This document shows positions 9,100 through 18,790 of a stretch of 64,000 nt of DNA, piece after piece; position 1 is the stretch's first letter; every line of letters begins with the position of its first letter. The stretch is from SAR202 cluster bacterium AG-426-M11 (GTDB lineage: Bacteria > Chloroflexota > Dehalococcoidia > Lucifugimonadales > UBA826), in NCBI GenBank assembly GCA_003213095.1, contig QCNV01000001.1:25340-89339 (forward strand). Direction: 5' to 3'. A model generated the notes under the pieces. It was given only the letters and a program-made list of their open reading frames with translations. It ran no database searches and was not told where the DNA came from. The position numbers and the translations under genes are program-made.

Positions 9100-10827
9100 T
9101 CATGAATCTCTGATTTTTTGATTAATTTGATTAATTTGATTAATTTGTTCTTCACTAGGATAATCAGATCCTTGTGATTCACTAAAAGTTGCTGCAGCTA
9201 TCTTATATCGTTGTTTATTCAAAATTTTTACGCAAAATTCAAATGCGTCATTAAATTCATTTTGAGTAGATTCTAATAGTGAAAGCTCAATAATTTGATG
9301 GTAAAACCTAGAGTAATCTTCTGAAAGAGAATTTTCAAAATCATTTAAATTATCAAACTTCAAATATTCAGTTAACAAATATCTTGATTCCAAATCAAAT
9401 ATTTCAAAATTAAGGTCTTTGGCTTTTATTTTCAATTCTGAATTTGAAAAAATTAATGCTAGCAAATAAATCATTCTAGATGACTTTTTGATAGGCTTTT
9501 GACTATCAGAACCATTGGATTGTTTGGATTGAGAAATCACTTTAAACATAGCCTGAACATTTTCAAGTGAGCTATTAAATTGATTTGATAATTCAGTTAG
9601 ATATTTTCCTCTATCGAGCTGATCCATATTATTCAATATAGGAAATATGAGCTCCAAAATTCTTTGAGAATTACCAGGAACATTAATATCAAACCGAGAA
9701 ATCAATACTGGAATCAAATAATCCATAAGAGTAAGAGCCTCCGAAACTATTTTTCCCCAGTCTTCAGATTCTGACCGAATAAATTCATCAGGATCCTTAC
9801 CATTAGGAATTGCAAGAACTTTTAATATTTTTGAATAATCTGAAAAAGAATCCTTATTAGAAGTATTTAAACTTTCAAAAATACCCCAAGACGATTGTAA
9901 ACTTCTTAAAGTAGCTTCTTGTCCCGCAGTATCTTGATCTAAAGCTAAAATATAAGATGAAGCTAAATTCCGTATTTGACGAACTTGCTCAACAGTTAGT
10001 GCTGTACCCATCGAAGCTACCACATTTTTAAAATTAAACTCATGGGCAGCAATCACATCCATATAACCCTCAACGACTACTACTTCATCATTTTTTCTGA
10101 TTGAATCTTTTGCTAAATGAAGGCCATACAAGATAGTTCTCTTGTCAAAAACAGGGGATGATGGAGTATTGATGTATTTGGGCATAGAATCATCTAATGC
10201 ACGTGCTCCGAAACCCAGTACTTTCCCATTCCTATCAGAAATTGGAAACATTAATCTTCCTACAAAAAAATCTTTTACATTTCCATTCTCAAATTTATTC
10301 AGAAGCCCAGAATCGATGGCCTTTTCAAAATCCACATCATGAAATAAAAGATGATTTTTGAGTGAATCTCTATCTTTAAGCGAATAACCTAAATCAAAAG
10401 AATCTATTTTATTAAAATCAATACCTCTCTTTGTTAAGTAATCAACAGCAATTTTACCTTCGTCAGTAAACAAATTTGATTTATAAAAATTTTTAGCAAT
10501 TTCATTAATTTGAAAATAATCATCTTTTCGAATAGAAGATGAATTCACATTAATGTGAACTCCCGATCTCTCGCCTAAAATCTTTAATGATTCAGGAAAT
10601 TCAATTCCTTCAATTTTCATCAAAAATGAAAAGATGTCCCCACCCGTAGCACAAGATCCGAAACATCTCCATAATTGACGAGATGGATCAACTATAAATG
10701 ACGGAGTTTTTTCAGAATGAAAAGGACAATTAGCTTTATAATTCCGTCCAGATTGATTCAGGTTGACGTATTCTGAAATAAAATCAACTATGTCTAGCTT
10801 AGATTTAATTTCTTCAACTTCAGACAT
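9100..10827 (-). CDS. dnaG: DNA primase
   Basis: 575 aa. Zinc finger CPFHSEKTPSF...CFGSC, TOPRIM segment VVVVEGYMDV. Sits directly upstream of rpoD. Confidence 0.95.
   Translation of the reverse strand: MSEVEEIKSKLDIVDFISEYVNLNQSGRNYKANCPFHSEKTPSFIVDPSRQLWRCFGSCATGGDIFSFLMKIEGIEFPESLKILGERSGVHINVNSSSIRKDDYFQINEIAKNFYKSNLFTDEGKIAVDYLTKRGIDFNKIDSFDLGYSLKDRDSLKNHLLFHDVDFEKAIDSGLLNKFENGNVKDFFVGRLMFPISDRNGKVLGFGARALDDSMPKYINTPSSPVFDKRTILYGLHLAKDSIRKNDEVVVVEGYMDVIAAHEFNFKNVVASMGTALTVEQVRQIRNLASSYILALDQDTAGQEATLRSLQSSWGIFESLNTSNKDSFSDYSKILKVLAIPNGKDPDEFIRSESEDWGKIVSEALTLMDYLIPVLISRFDINVPGNSQRILELIFPILNNMDQLDRGKYLTELSNQFNSSLENVQAMFKVISQSKQSNGSDSQKPIKKSSRMIYLLALIFSNSELKIKAKDLNFEIFDLESRYLLTEYLKFDNLNDFENSLSEDYSRFYHQIIELSLLESTQNEFNDAFEFCVKILNKQRYKIAAATFSESQGSDYPSEEQINQINQINQKIRDS
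9121..9147 (-). repeat. Perfect 9-bp tandem repeat x3 (CAAATTAAT on the coding strand) inside the dnaG 3' end
   Basis: attaatttg repeated three times at 9121-9147, with an imperfect fourth copy at 9113-9120. Encodes QIN-QIN-QIN near the DnaG C-terminus. The unit length keeps the reading frame. Confidence 0.9.
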
Positions 10828-10838
10828 AAAAATACCAG

Positions 10839-11174
10839 TTATTTTGCATAAAAATGTTGAGCAATATCTTTTGCGTCTGATAATACATGATTTGTATGCC
10901 AGTTGAGATGATCCAATTCAACAATCATATCTGTAATAAGATCACCGATTTCATAACAATCTTTTGAATCCGCTTGAAAAAATGAATCAATTAAACTATT
11001 TAAATTTTGGTGAGCAAACAGAATATCAGACAAAGAGGTGCAAAATTTTGACAACTGCAAATCATAGTTTTCAGGAAGATGACTTTGCTTCAACTTCACC
11101 AAAATCTGATGAGCTTTTTCAGCCCTGAGCCTTGCCACTTCTAAATTACCATGGGTATTTATCTCTTCACTCAT
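10839..11174 (-). CDS. Hypothetical small acidic helical protein
   Basis: 111-aa ORF packed between an upstream small ORF (2-nt gap, GGAGGA SD inside that ORF's 3' end) and dnaG (11-nt gap). No motif I recognise. Confidence 0.55.
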   Translation of the reverse strand: MSEEINTHGNLEVARLRAEKAHQILVKLKQSHLPENYDLQLSKFCTSLSDILFAHQNLNSLIDSFFQADSKDCYEIGDLITDMIVELDHLNWHTNHVLSDAKDIAQHFYAK

Positions 11175-11175
11175 A

Positions 11176-11466
11176 TTATCCTCCGTCTTGATTAAAATCT
11201 AATACACCATAATGAGAAATGTAATTCACCCATTCTTCTTGAATATTGACCAATACTATCTTTTGAGACTCCTCTCCCAACAAATTGATGACTTGAAAAA
11301 TGTTTTTCCAAATTTCATCTACTTCTATCTTCCATGCATCAAACTCAATTCCAAAAGAATCGCGTTGCATAGATTCTAAATGCTCTTGAATCAATGCAGT
11401 TTTTCGGAGAATCAGTCTAAAATTCATTCTATCTTCAGGATTAATTTGATCTAACATACAGCACAC
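11176..11466 (-). CDS. Hypothetical small acidic protein
   Basis: 96-aa ORF from GTG 11466, overlapping the dgt-like stop. ATG at 11457 is an alternative start (93 aa). No motif I recognise. Confidence 0.5.
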   Translation of the reverse strand: MCCMLDQINPEDRMNFRLILRKTALIQEHLESMQRDSFGIEFDAWKIEVDEIWKNIFQVINLLGEESQKIVLVNIQEEWVNYISHYGVLDFNQDGG

Positions 11467-12536
11467 TAAAAAATACGATTTTTAAAAATATTTGCAATAC
11501 CAGGAGAAATTTTTTCTGCAACTCTTATTGCAAAATTATCTGTCATTCCAGAAATATAATCCATCATTGCCCCAATATGTGTTTCATTAATCTCCTTAAA
11601 TTCCAATGGGACTTTTTCAGGGTATTTTTTGAAATAATCAAACAATAAAGTCAGTATAGATCTTGCAACCTGAGATTCTTTACTCTGACTTTCCGGTAAA
11701 TAAACATTCTCAAACATAAATTCTCTTAACAAATTCATTTCATTTTTAATTTGTGAACTCATGGTAATAATTGGAGGTAGTTCCGCAGTAGCACTATTCA
11801 TTGTATGCAGGGAAGCTTCCACAATGTCTGAAACCATTGTATTAATTCTTTGCGAATGCCTAGATCCTAACACTGTAATGGTTGATTTTGGCAATTGATC
11901 TTGATTAAGAACTTCTGCTCTAAATGCATCCAATAAATCATGATTCAAATATGCTATAGCGTCAGAAACTCTCAAAATTTGAGTTTCTAGAGTTAGGTCA
12001 GTATCAATATTCTTACGATCTAGAAAGTCTCCTCTGGGCTTTGAATGATTAGCAATACCTTCCCTAACTTCAAAAGTAAGATTTAATCCTTTACCATTTT
12101 TCTCAATTGTGTCTACCAACCTTAAACTCTGATTATTATGCCTAAAGTTTTCACCTGATAATTGTGACAACATTTCTTCACCTAAATGGCCAAAAGGAGT
12201 ATGTCCAATATCATGACCTAAAGACATTGCTTCAGTAAGATCTTCATTTAAATTAAGAGCCCTACTAATCGTACGAGCAATTTGAGATACTTCTAAAGTA
12301 TGGGTTAATCTAGTCACAAAATGATCACCTAATGGCGACACAAAAACTTGAGTTTTATGTTTAATTCTTCTAAATGATTTTGAATGTACTATCCTATCTC
12401 TATCTCTCTGAAAATCAGTGCGAAAAGGACAGGGTTCTTCAAAAATTTTTCTACCTTTAGTGTTAAGGACTTTACTAGCAAAAACAGATAAATTTTCTTC
12501 TTTTTTTTCTAATCTTTTTCTAATTGAATCGGACAT
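11466..12536 (-). CDS. dgt: dGTPase-like HD-domain deoxynucleoside triphosphate triphosphohydrolase
   Basis: 356 aa. HSKSFRRIKHKTQVF, RLTHTLEVSQIAR and GHDIGHTPFGH motifs. Confidence 0.85.
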   Translation of the reverse strand: MSDSIRKRLEKKEENLSVFASKVLNTKGRKIFEEPCPFRTDFQRDRDRIVHSKSFRRIKHKTQVFVSPLGDHFVTRLTHTLEVSQIARTISRALNLNEDLTEAMSLGHDIGHTPFGHLGEEMLSQLSGENFRHNNQSLRLVDTIEKNGKGLNLTFEVREGIANHSKPRGDFLDRKNIDTDLTLETQILRVSDAIAYLNHDLLDAFRAEVLNQDQLPKSTITVLGSRHSQRINTMVSDIVEASLHTMNSATAELPPIITMSSQIKNEMNLLREFMFENVYLPESQSKESQVARSILTLLFDYFKKYPEKVPLEFKEINETHIGAMMDYISGMTDNFAIRVAEKISPGIANIFKNRIF

Positions 12537-12541
12537 GAACT

Positions 12542-13507
12542 TTAATTTATTTGACCTAATATTTTATCCCCATCGATAATTCGTATCATATTACTAAAAG
12601 CAAATTCTGATCTCCTAGCCCAAGTATCCCAAGTAGTACCAGCTACATGAGGAGTGACAATTACATTATCCATTTTCAATAATGGATTATCAGGTTGAAT
12701 TGGTTCTGTTTCAAATACATCTAATCCAGCACCTAAAATTTCACGACTATCTAAAGCTGATATCAAAGCTTTTTCATCAATTATTTCTCCCCTAGAAGTA
12801 TTAATGAGTATGGATGAAGTTTTCATTTGGGAAAATCTATCAGAATTAATCATATGAAAAGTTTGATCATTAAGAGGCATATGAGAAGTGATTATGTCAG
12901 AAGTTTCAAATAACTCATCAAGGGACACAGATTTCAATGACAACTGAGAATTCAATTGATTATCTAAGGGAAATAAATCGTAATATTGAGCTATGGAATC
13001 AAAAGCTTGAACTCGTTTAGCAACCTTTTTACCAATATTTCCTATTCCTAAAATCCCAACTTTCTTATTGGCCATTTCAAAAGTATTTTCACCATTAATG
13101 GGCTTTTTCCAAGTACCTGACCTAGTAGATTTGTCAGAATCAATAATTTTTTTATATAAAGACAACATTAATAAAACAGCATGGTCAGAAACAGCCCATG
13201 AATTAGCTCCACCATTATTGGCTAAAGGAATTTCCATAGAATTTATTAAAGGTAAATTCATTTGATCAAATCCTGCAGCCAACAGTTGAACCAATTTACA
13301 TTTCTTTGCAGAATTTAACATAGAGTCTGTTGGGTATTTCCCATGACATAAAAGAAAGTCACAATCTTTAATTTCAGAAATACATTTCTCTTCTGAATCT
13401 GAATTTTTCAAAACTATAATTTCAAAATCTTTATGAGAATACGAAATAATTTCATCAACTACTTTATCGCTTAAAGATGTTAAAAATACCACTTTACAAC
13501 TTTTCAT
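12542..13507 (-). CDS. D-isomer-specific 2-hydroxyacid dehydrogenase family protein
   Basis: GILGIGNIGKKVAKR NAD site, catalytic region TPHVAGTT. I place the start at ATG 13507 (AAAGAGGAAATT SD). The track ORF extends to 13624, but that extension covers promoter-like sequence of the divergent gene. Confidence 0.85.
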   Translation of the reverse strand: MKSCKVVFLTSLSDKVVDEIISYSHKDFEIIVLKNSDSEEKCISEIKDCDFLLCHGKYPTDSMLNSAKKCKLVQLLAAGFDQMNLPLINSMEIPLANNGGANSWAVSDHAVLLMLSLYKKIIDSDKSTRSGTWKKPINGENTFEMANKKVGILGIGNIGKKVAKRVQAFDSIAQYYDLFPLDNQLNSQLSLKSVSLDELFETSDIITSHMPLNDQTFHMINSDRFSQMKTSSILINTSRGEIIDEKALISALDSREILGAGLDVFETEPIQPDNPLLKMDNVIVTPHVAGTTWDTWARRSEFAFSNMIRIIDGDKILGQIN

Positions 13508-13530
13508 AATTTCCTCTTTATATTTAGATA

Positions 13531-13558
13531 ATATTATCAAAGCTAAATGAGTGATCAA
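13531..13558 (-). promoter_or_regulatory. Candidate sigma-70 promoter for the 2-hydroxyacid dehydrogenase gene
   Basis: On the minus strand TTGATC (13558-13553), 16-nt spacer, TAATAT (13536-13531), about 24 nt upstream of ATG 13507. Confidence 0.35.
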
Positions 13559-13583
13559 AGAACTTTTAAGTGAATAATAAAAC

Positions 13584-13611
13584 TTGACCATAAATCCAAG
13601 CAAACTATAAT
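13584..13611 (+). promoter_or_regulatory. Near-consensus sigma-70 promoter for the 13648 gene
   Basis: TTGACC (13584-13589), 16-nt spacer, TATAAT (13606-13611). AGGAG SD at 13635-13639 before ATG 13648. Confidence 0.55.
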
Positions 13612-13647
13612 GATGCTTCGTCAAATAAATAAATTAGGAGCAACAAC

Positions 13648-14544
13648 ATGGCAAGAGGTGAAATAGGATTTGTTGGTTTGGGAATTATGGGTAAACCGAT
13701 GGTTCGTAATCTAATGAAAGCAGATTATTCAGTCACAGTTTACGATATAGTTTCTGAATCAGTAGAAGAAATGGTAACTGATGGAGCTAAAGCTGCCAGT
13801 TCTGCAGCAGAAGTAGCGCAATCCGCCTCTACAGTCATTACTATGGTGCCTGATTCTCCTCAATCAGAAGCAGCTATTCTAGGACCAAATGGAGTTTTAG
13901 AAGGTACCTCTTCAGGAAGTACAGTAATTGATATGAGCTCAATTGCTCCAGCATCATCTCAAAAAATTGCGAAAGCTTGTGAAAATGCCGGTGTAAATTT
14001 TTTGGATGCTCCAGTTAGCGGAGGAGAAACGGGAGCAATTGAAGGAACTTTAGCAGTAATGGTAGGAGGCAAAAAAGAGGTATTTGATGCCAACTTTGAT
14101 ATGCTTTCAACAATGTCAGGTAGCATAGTTCTCTGTGGAGATTACGGAGCTGGAAATACAACTAAACTAGCTAACCAAATCATAGTTGCTGGAAACATTG
14201 CAGCTTTAGGTGAAGCGCTAGTTTTAGCTAAAAAATCAGGAATAGATCCTCAAGTAGTATTTGATGCTATCAAAGGAGGGCTAGCTGGAAGTACTGTGAT
14301 GAACACTAAAGGGCCCATGATGATAAGTGGAAATTTTGACCCAGGTTTCAGAATAGTGTTACACCAAAAAGATCTACACAATGCATTACTTACAGGCAAA
14401 GATGTAGGAGCACCCTTAATTTTCACAAGCCTAGCCCAACAAATTCTAGGATCTTTAATCAATGATGGAAAAGGAAATTCTGACCACTCTGCTATAGCAA
14501 ATTTTATGGAAGATATGGCTGGAATAAAAATTTCTGAAAAGTAA
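13648..14544 (+). CDS. Beta-hydroxyacid dehydrogenase family (2-hydroxy-3-oxopropionate / 3-hydroxyisobutyrate reductase-like)
   Basis: 298 aa. GFVGLGIMGKPM Rossmann motif, DAPVSGG and the conserved NTTKLANQ region. Confidence 0.8.
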   Translation: MARGEIGFVGLGIMGKPMVRNLMKADYSVTVYDIVSESVEEMVTDGAKAASSAAEVAQSASTVITMVPDSPQSEAAILGPNGVLEGTSSGSTVIDMSSIAPASSQKIAKACENAGVNFLDAPVSGGETGAIEGTLAVMVGGKKEVFDANFDMLSTMSGSIVLCGDYGAGNTTKLANQIIVAGNIAALGEALVLAKKSGIDPQVVFDAIKGGLAGSTVMNTKGPMMISGNFDPGFRIVLHQKDLHNALLTGKDVGAPLIFTSLAQQILGSLINDGKGNSDHSAIANFMEDMAGIKISEK

Positions 14545-14551
14545 AACTCTT

Positions 14552-15466
14552 ATGATCAAGAAACAAATCCCTTCTAAAGAAGAAGTAGACCAGTATCTCA
14601 AAAATACCAATTGGGGAAGATGGGGCGACAAATCTTCAGCTGGTGCAATTAACTTAATTGATAATCAAAAACGACTTGAAGCTGTTTCATTGGTACAAAC
14701 AGGTAGAACTGTATCAATGAGTCGTCCTTTACCTGTAATTCCTTCAGGTGATAATCCAAGACCTGCACAACATTACATGCATAAAGAACAAAGGCCATTT
14801 TCTGGTGGTGCTGCTATGGATTATTATGGTGTTTTTTACCATGGAACTGCCACTACTCACATAGATGCTCTTTGCCATGTATGGAATAAAGATGGAATGT
14901 GGGAAGGTAAAAACCCTGACGATGTAATCAAATTCAATGGTGCAACGTTTGGCACTATTGATCAATGGAAGGATGGGATAGTTACTAGAGGAGTACTACT
15001 AGACGTACCCTCATTTAGAAAAAAGCCTTATGTCACTCTCGATAAACCCGTACACGGTTGGGAATTAGAAGAAATAGCTAAATTTCAAGGGATAGAAATC
15101 AAATCAGGTGATGCAATTTTTGTATACAGCGGTCGAGAAAAATTTGCGGAAGATAATAATGGTATTTGGTCTAGCCCAGATGGTAGACCGGGATTACATG
15201 CATCTTGCCTGCCTTTTATCAAAGATTCAGATATATCAATATTAGGATGGGACATGATGGATTCATCTCCTAATGAATATGATCTTCCGTGGAGTGTACA
15301 CGGAGCCATTTTTGCTTACGGAGTAGCACTAGTTGACAATGCACTACTAGAACCATTGGCAAATGTATGCTCTGAAGAAAAAAGATACGAATTCATGCTT
15401 ACTTTAAACCCTCTGTACGTTGAGGGAGGAACAGGTTCTCCAGCAAATCCTATAGCTATTTTCTAA
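14552..15466 (+). CDS. Cyclase-family (kynurenine formamidase-like) metal-dependent hydrolase
   Basis: 304 aa. YHGTATTHIDALCHV matches the HxGTHxDxxxH-type cyclase motif. Confidence 0.7.
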   Translation: MIKKQIPSKEEVDQYLKNTNWGRWGDKSSAGAINLIDNQKRLEAVSLVQTGRTVSMSRPLPVIPSGDNPRPAQHYMHKEQRPFSGGAAMDYYGVFYHGTATTHIDALCHVWNKDGMWEGKNPDDVIKFNGATFGTIDQWKDGIVTRGVLLDVPSFRKKPYVTLDKPVHGWELEEIAKFQGIEIKSGDAIFVYSGREKFAEDNNGIWSSPDGRPGLHASCLPFIKDSDISILGWDMMDSSPNEYDLPWSVHGAIFAYGVALVDNALLEPLANVCSEEKRYEFMLTLNPLYVEGGTGSPANPIAIF

Positions 15467-15467
15467 T

Positions 15468-18089
15468 TTAATCTGACTTTTCTTCAGTATTATCATCAGG
15501 TATCTCAAAATCCCCCACAGAGGAAATTGAAGCTACTGAATCACCTTCACGTGGTTTAAATATAGTTACCCCTGCAGTAATCCTGCCACCTAAGGTTCGA
15601 ATTTCACTTAAATTGGTTCTCATCACTTGAGCATTTTCAGAAACGACATATACCTCATTTGAATCATCAACTACTTGAGCATCTGCTAACAATCCAGTAT
15701 TTTTATTAATCTTAAACGCTCTTAATCCTAGTCCACCTCTACCTTGTCTCCGGTATGCCGACAAAGGATTGACTTTTCCTCTACCTTGTTTGCTGATTAC
15801 CATTAGATTACTGTCATCATTTCCTACATCCATAGCAATCACTCTATCTCCTGTTCGGAGCCTCATACCTATAACACCACCAGCAGTTCGCCTTCTAATG
15901 GGTAAGTCTGCAATAGAAAAACGAATTCCTAAGCCTTGTTCAGAAATAAATATAATGTCATCAGCATCAACTTCATCTTGAATAATGGGTCTAGTAGTTT
16001 TAATTTCTACTTCTCCAGTTTCCGGGTTAATTAATTCCTCTTTGACAGTTGTTCTTTGAGGTTTTCCTGTATCCGGATCTATTCGATCAACAAATCTACT
16101 TTTGGCGAGTTTTACCGAAACTACTTCATCATCATCTTTTAGATTCATGATAATCAAACCAGAGGGCCTAATGTGAGAAACATCATCTATTTTAATCCTC
16201 TTCACTCTGCCTTTCCTGGTTCCCAAAATTAACCATTGAAACTCATCATATTGTTTTTTACCAACATTGATTAAAGCACTAATTGATTCTGTATCCCAAA
16301 CATTAATAATATTTGCTACAGGAACTCCCCTAGTATTGCGACTTTGATCAGCTCGAAGTTCATAACCTATTTTTGATAAAACTCTACCTTTATTGGTAAA
16401 AAATAACAGCTTGTCATGACTGTCTACCACCATCAAATTTTTAACAGGATCATCATCTCTAGTATTCATTCCTGTAACACCCACACCGCCTCTATGCTGT
16501 CTTTTAAAAGCATTGGAAGGAATTCTTTTTAAATATCCGCCTTGACTTAAAGTAATAACAATTTGCTCATGAGCCTCTAATTCTTCTCTAGATAAATCAT
16601 GAGCATCATGGCTAATTTCAGTTCTTCTCTTATCTCCATATTTTTTCTTAACTTCATCTGTTTCATCCTTAACAACTGCTAAAATTTTATTTTCATCCGC
16701 CAACAATTCCTGTAGATCTTTAATGGTTTGTTGTAATTCCTGATATTCAGATTCTAATTTTTCAATTTCTAAAGCAGCTAATCTACGTAATTGCATATCT
16801 AGAATTGCCTGAGCCTGTGGCTGATCCAGAGAAAACTTAGACATTAATTCGTTTCTAGCAGATTCAACGTCATCTGAAGCTCTAATTAAAGAAATCACTT
16901 CATCCAAATTTGCAATTGCAATCCGAAGACCTGCTAAAATGTGTGCTCTTTCTTGAGCTTTTTTAAGTTCATACTCTGTTCTTCTTCTTATAACCTGTTG
17001 ACGGAATTTAATATATTCTTGAATAGCTAACTTAAGAGTAATCACTTTAGGGATGCCATCAATCAAAGCTAACATGTTGGCAGAAAAAGGAGTTTGAAGT
17101 TGTGTAAACTTATATAAGTTATTCAAAACAACCTGGGGTTGAATCCCTCCCCTCAATTCAATTACTATTCTCATTCCATCGCGAGATGATTCGTCTCGAA
17201 TTTCTGAAATCCCTTCAACTTTTTTTGTTTTCGCAAGTTCAGCAATTTTTTCAACTAAAGCAGACTTATTCACCTGATAAGGTAATTCTGTTACAACAAT
17301 TTGCATTCTACTGCTAGATTTTGACATAGGTTCAATTTCCGCAACTGCTCTAACTATTACTGATCCTTTACCCGTTGTATAAGCATCTTTTACACCTTGG
17401 GTACCCATAATAGTTCCTCCAGTAGGAAAATCTGGAGCTTTAACATACTTCATTAATTCCTCAGAAGTGGATTCAGGATTCTCAATTAATGCATTAACAG
17501 CGTTACATACTTCTACAGGATTATGAGGAGGTATATTTGTAGCCATACCTACAGCAATCCCTGAAGCACCATTAATTAACAAATTCGGCAATCTTGCAGG
17601 CAACACAGAAGGTTCTCTTAGTGTGTCATCAAAATTTAAAGACCAATCTACAGTCTCTTGATCTAAATTAGTCAACATAGTTTCAGCTACTTGACTCAAT
17701 CTAGCTTCTGTATATCTCATAGCAGCTGGTGGATCGTTATCAATACTTCCAAAGTTTCCTTGACCATCCACTAATGGCATCCTAACATTAAAGTCTTGAG
17801 CCAACCTAACCATAGCATCATAAACAGACATGTCTCCATGAGGATGCCATTTCCCAAGAACCTCACCAACTAAACGTGCACTTTTTTTATAACTTGAATT
17901 AGGCCTCATGCCTAAATCGTGCATAGCGTACAAAATTCTTCTTTGGACAGGCTTTAAACCATCTCTAATGTCAGGTAAAGCACGGGAAACGATTACACTC
18001 ATCGCATAATCCAAATATGAGCTACGCATTTCCTCAGTTATTTGGGTTGGTTGAATGAATCCAAATTCAGACTTACTACCTGATGTCAT
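15468..18089 (-). CDS. gyrA: DNA gyrase subunit A
   Basis: 873 aa. [17 protein letters not shown], active-site [11 protein letters not shown]-terminal beta-pinwheel repeats, acidic tail. Confidence 0.97.
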   Translation of the reverse strand: MTSGSKSEFGFIQPTQITEEMRSSYLDYAMSVIVSRALPDIRDGLKPVQRRILYAMHDLGMRPNSSYKKSARLVGEVLGKWHPHGDMSVYDAMVRLAQDFNVRMPLVDGQGNFGSIDNDPPAAMRYTEARLSQVAETMLTNLDQETVDWSLNFDDTLREPSVLPARLPNLLINGASGIAVGMATNIPPHNPVEVCNAVNALIENPESTSEELMKYVKAPDFPTGGTIMGTQGVKDAYTTGKGSVIVRAVAEIEPMSKSSSRMQIVVTELPYQVNKSALVEKIAELAKTKKVEGISEIRDESSRDGMRIVIELRGGIQPQVVLNNLYKFTQLQTPFSANMLALIDGIPKVITLKLAIQEYIKFRQQVIRRRTEYELKKAQERAHILAGLRIAIANLDEVISLIRASDDVESARNELMSKFSLDQPQAQAILDMQLRRLAALEIEKLESEYQELQQTIKDLQELLADENKILAVVKDETDEVKKKYGDKRRTEISHDAHDLSREELEAHEQIVITLSQGGYLKRIPSNAFKRQHRGGVGVTGMNTRDDDPVKNLMVVDSHDKLLFFTNKGRVLSKIGYELRADQSRNTRGVPVANIINVWDTESISALINVGKKQYDEFQWLILGTRKGRVKRIKIDDVSHIRPSGLIIMNLKDDDEVVSVKLAKSRFVDRIDPDTGKPQRTTVKEELINPETGEVEIKTTRPIIQDEVDADDIIFISEQGLGIRFSIADLPIRRRTAGGVIGMRLRTGDRVIAMDVGNDDSNLMVISKQGRGKVNPLSAYRRQGRGGLGLRAFKINKNTGLLADAQVVDDSNEVYVVSENAQVMRTNLSEIRTLGGRITAGVTIFKPREGDSVASISSVGDFEIPDDNTEEKSD

Positions 18090-18124
18090 ATATCACCTGT
18101 AAAGACTATACATTTTAGGTTGAA

Positions 18125-18133
18125 ATTATAACA
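18125..18133 (-). promoter_or_regulatory. Extended -10 promoter element upstream of gyrA
   Basis: The minus strand reads TGTTATAAT (TGnTATAAT) about 36 nt upstream of the gyrA ATG. AGGTGA SD at 18099-18094. The -35 is weak. Confidence 0.4.
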
Positions 18134-18166
18134 CAATTGGTAGTATTTTAACTACTAATTCACACT

Positions 18167-18790
18167 CTATATTGTGTGATTAACATCATAAATTAAATTT
18201 TCAAATAACCTATCAAAATGGGGTGGAATTTCTAATCTAGTATCAGGTAAAAACTGGACTCCAAAAGCAGTATTGTATGTAGAATGTTGAACTGCCTCTA
18301 TTACTCCATCCTCCAAAGACCAAGCAGATGAAATTAATTGATGAGATTTATCAGATTCTAAAACACCAATTTGATGGCGGCTATTTACACGAACAAAACC
18401 ACCAGCACCCACAATAGAAGCCAATCTACATCCAGGAGAAATAAATATTCTGTGAAAATTTGATTCATCTTCATGATCGGCAAAATGATCGTGAGAAACA
18501 TCTGAAAAACTTCCTCCAGCATTTAAATTCATCACTATCATCCCATTACCTATCGCTAAAACCGGAATTTTACTCTGATAAGCGTAATCTAACAGATCAC
18601 TTTCTAAATTATTTGTGTTTTGTTTACCATTTATTGAAATTGATCCAGTAATTATTAATCCTTCGATTCCAGAATTTTCAATATTAGTATTCGAACTCAA
18701 CAACTCATGAGTAGCTCCAAATTTTTCCAAAAGCTTTATCAAATTACTACTATCGAATTTTTGTGAAACTGTAATCCCAATTCTAGTCAT
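18167..18790 (-). CDS. Class I glutamine amidotransferase / peptidase C26-like protein lacking the catalytic triad
   Basis: 207 aa. The family pattern is kept (PVLAIGNGMIVMNLNAGGS, VNSRHQ, DGVIEAV, GVQFLPD). The expected GICRG Cys is Gly and the WHPE His/Glu are Leu/Asp. Confidence 0.7.
   Translation of the reverse strand: MTRIGITVSQKFDSSNLIKLLEKFGATHELLSSNTNIENSGIEGLIITGSISINGKQNTNNLESDLLDYAYQSKIPVLAIGNGMIVMNLNAGGSFSDVSHDHFADHEDESNFHRIFISPGCRLASIVGAGGFVRVNSRHQIGVLESDKSHQLISSAWSLEDGVIEAVQHSTYNTAFGVQFLPDTRLEIPPHFDRLFENLIYDVNHTI

Noticed and set aside
13508-13624. N-terminal 39-aa extension of the 2-hydroxyacid dehydrogenase ORF in the track
   Set aside because: The extension is non-homologous-looking (MTKHHYSLLGFMVKFYY...). 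It covers a near-consensus divergent promoter (TTGACC-16-TATAAT). ATG 13507 has a strong AAAGAGGAAATT SD.
15958-16095. Possible insertion in the GyrA C-terminal domain ([15 protein letters not shown]...[24 protein letters not shown])
   Set aside because: A total length of 873 aa is within the normal GyrA range. Without an alignment I cannot show that this is an insertion rather than a variable blade loop.
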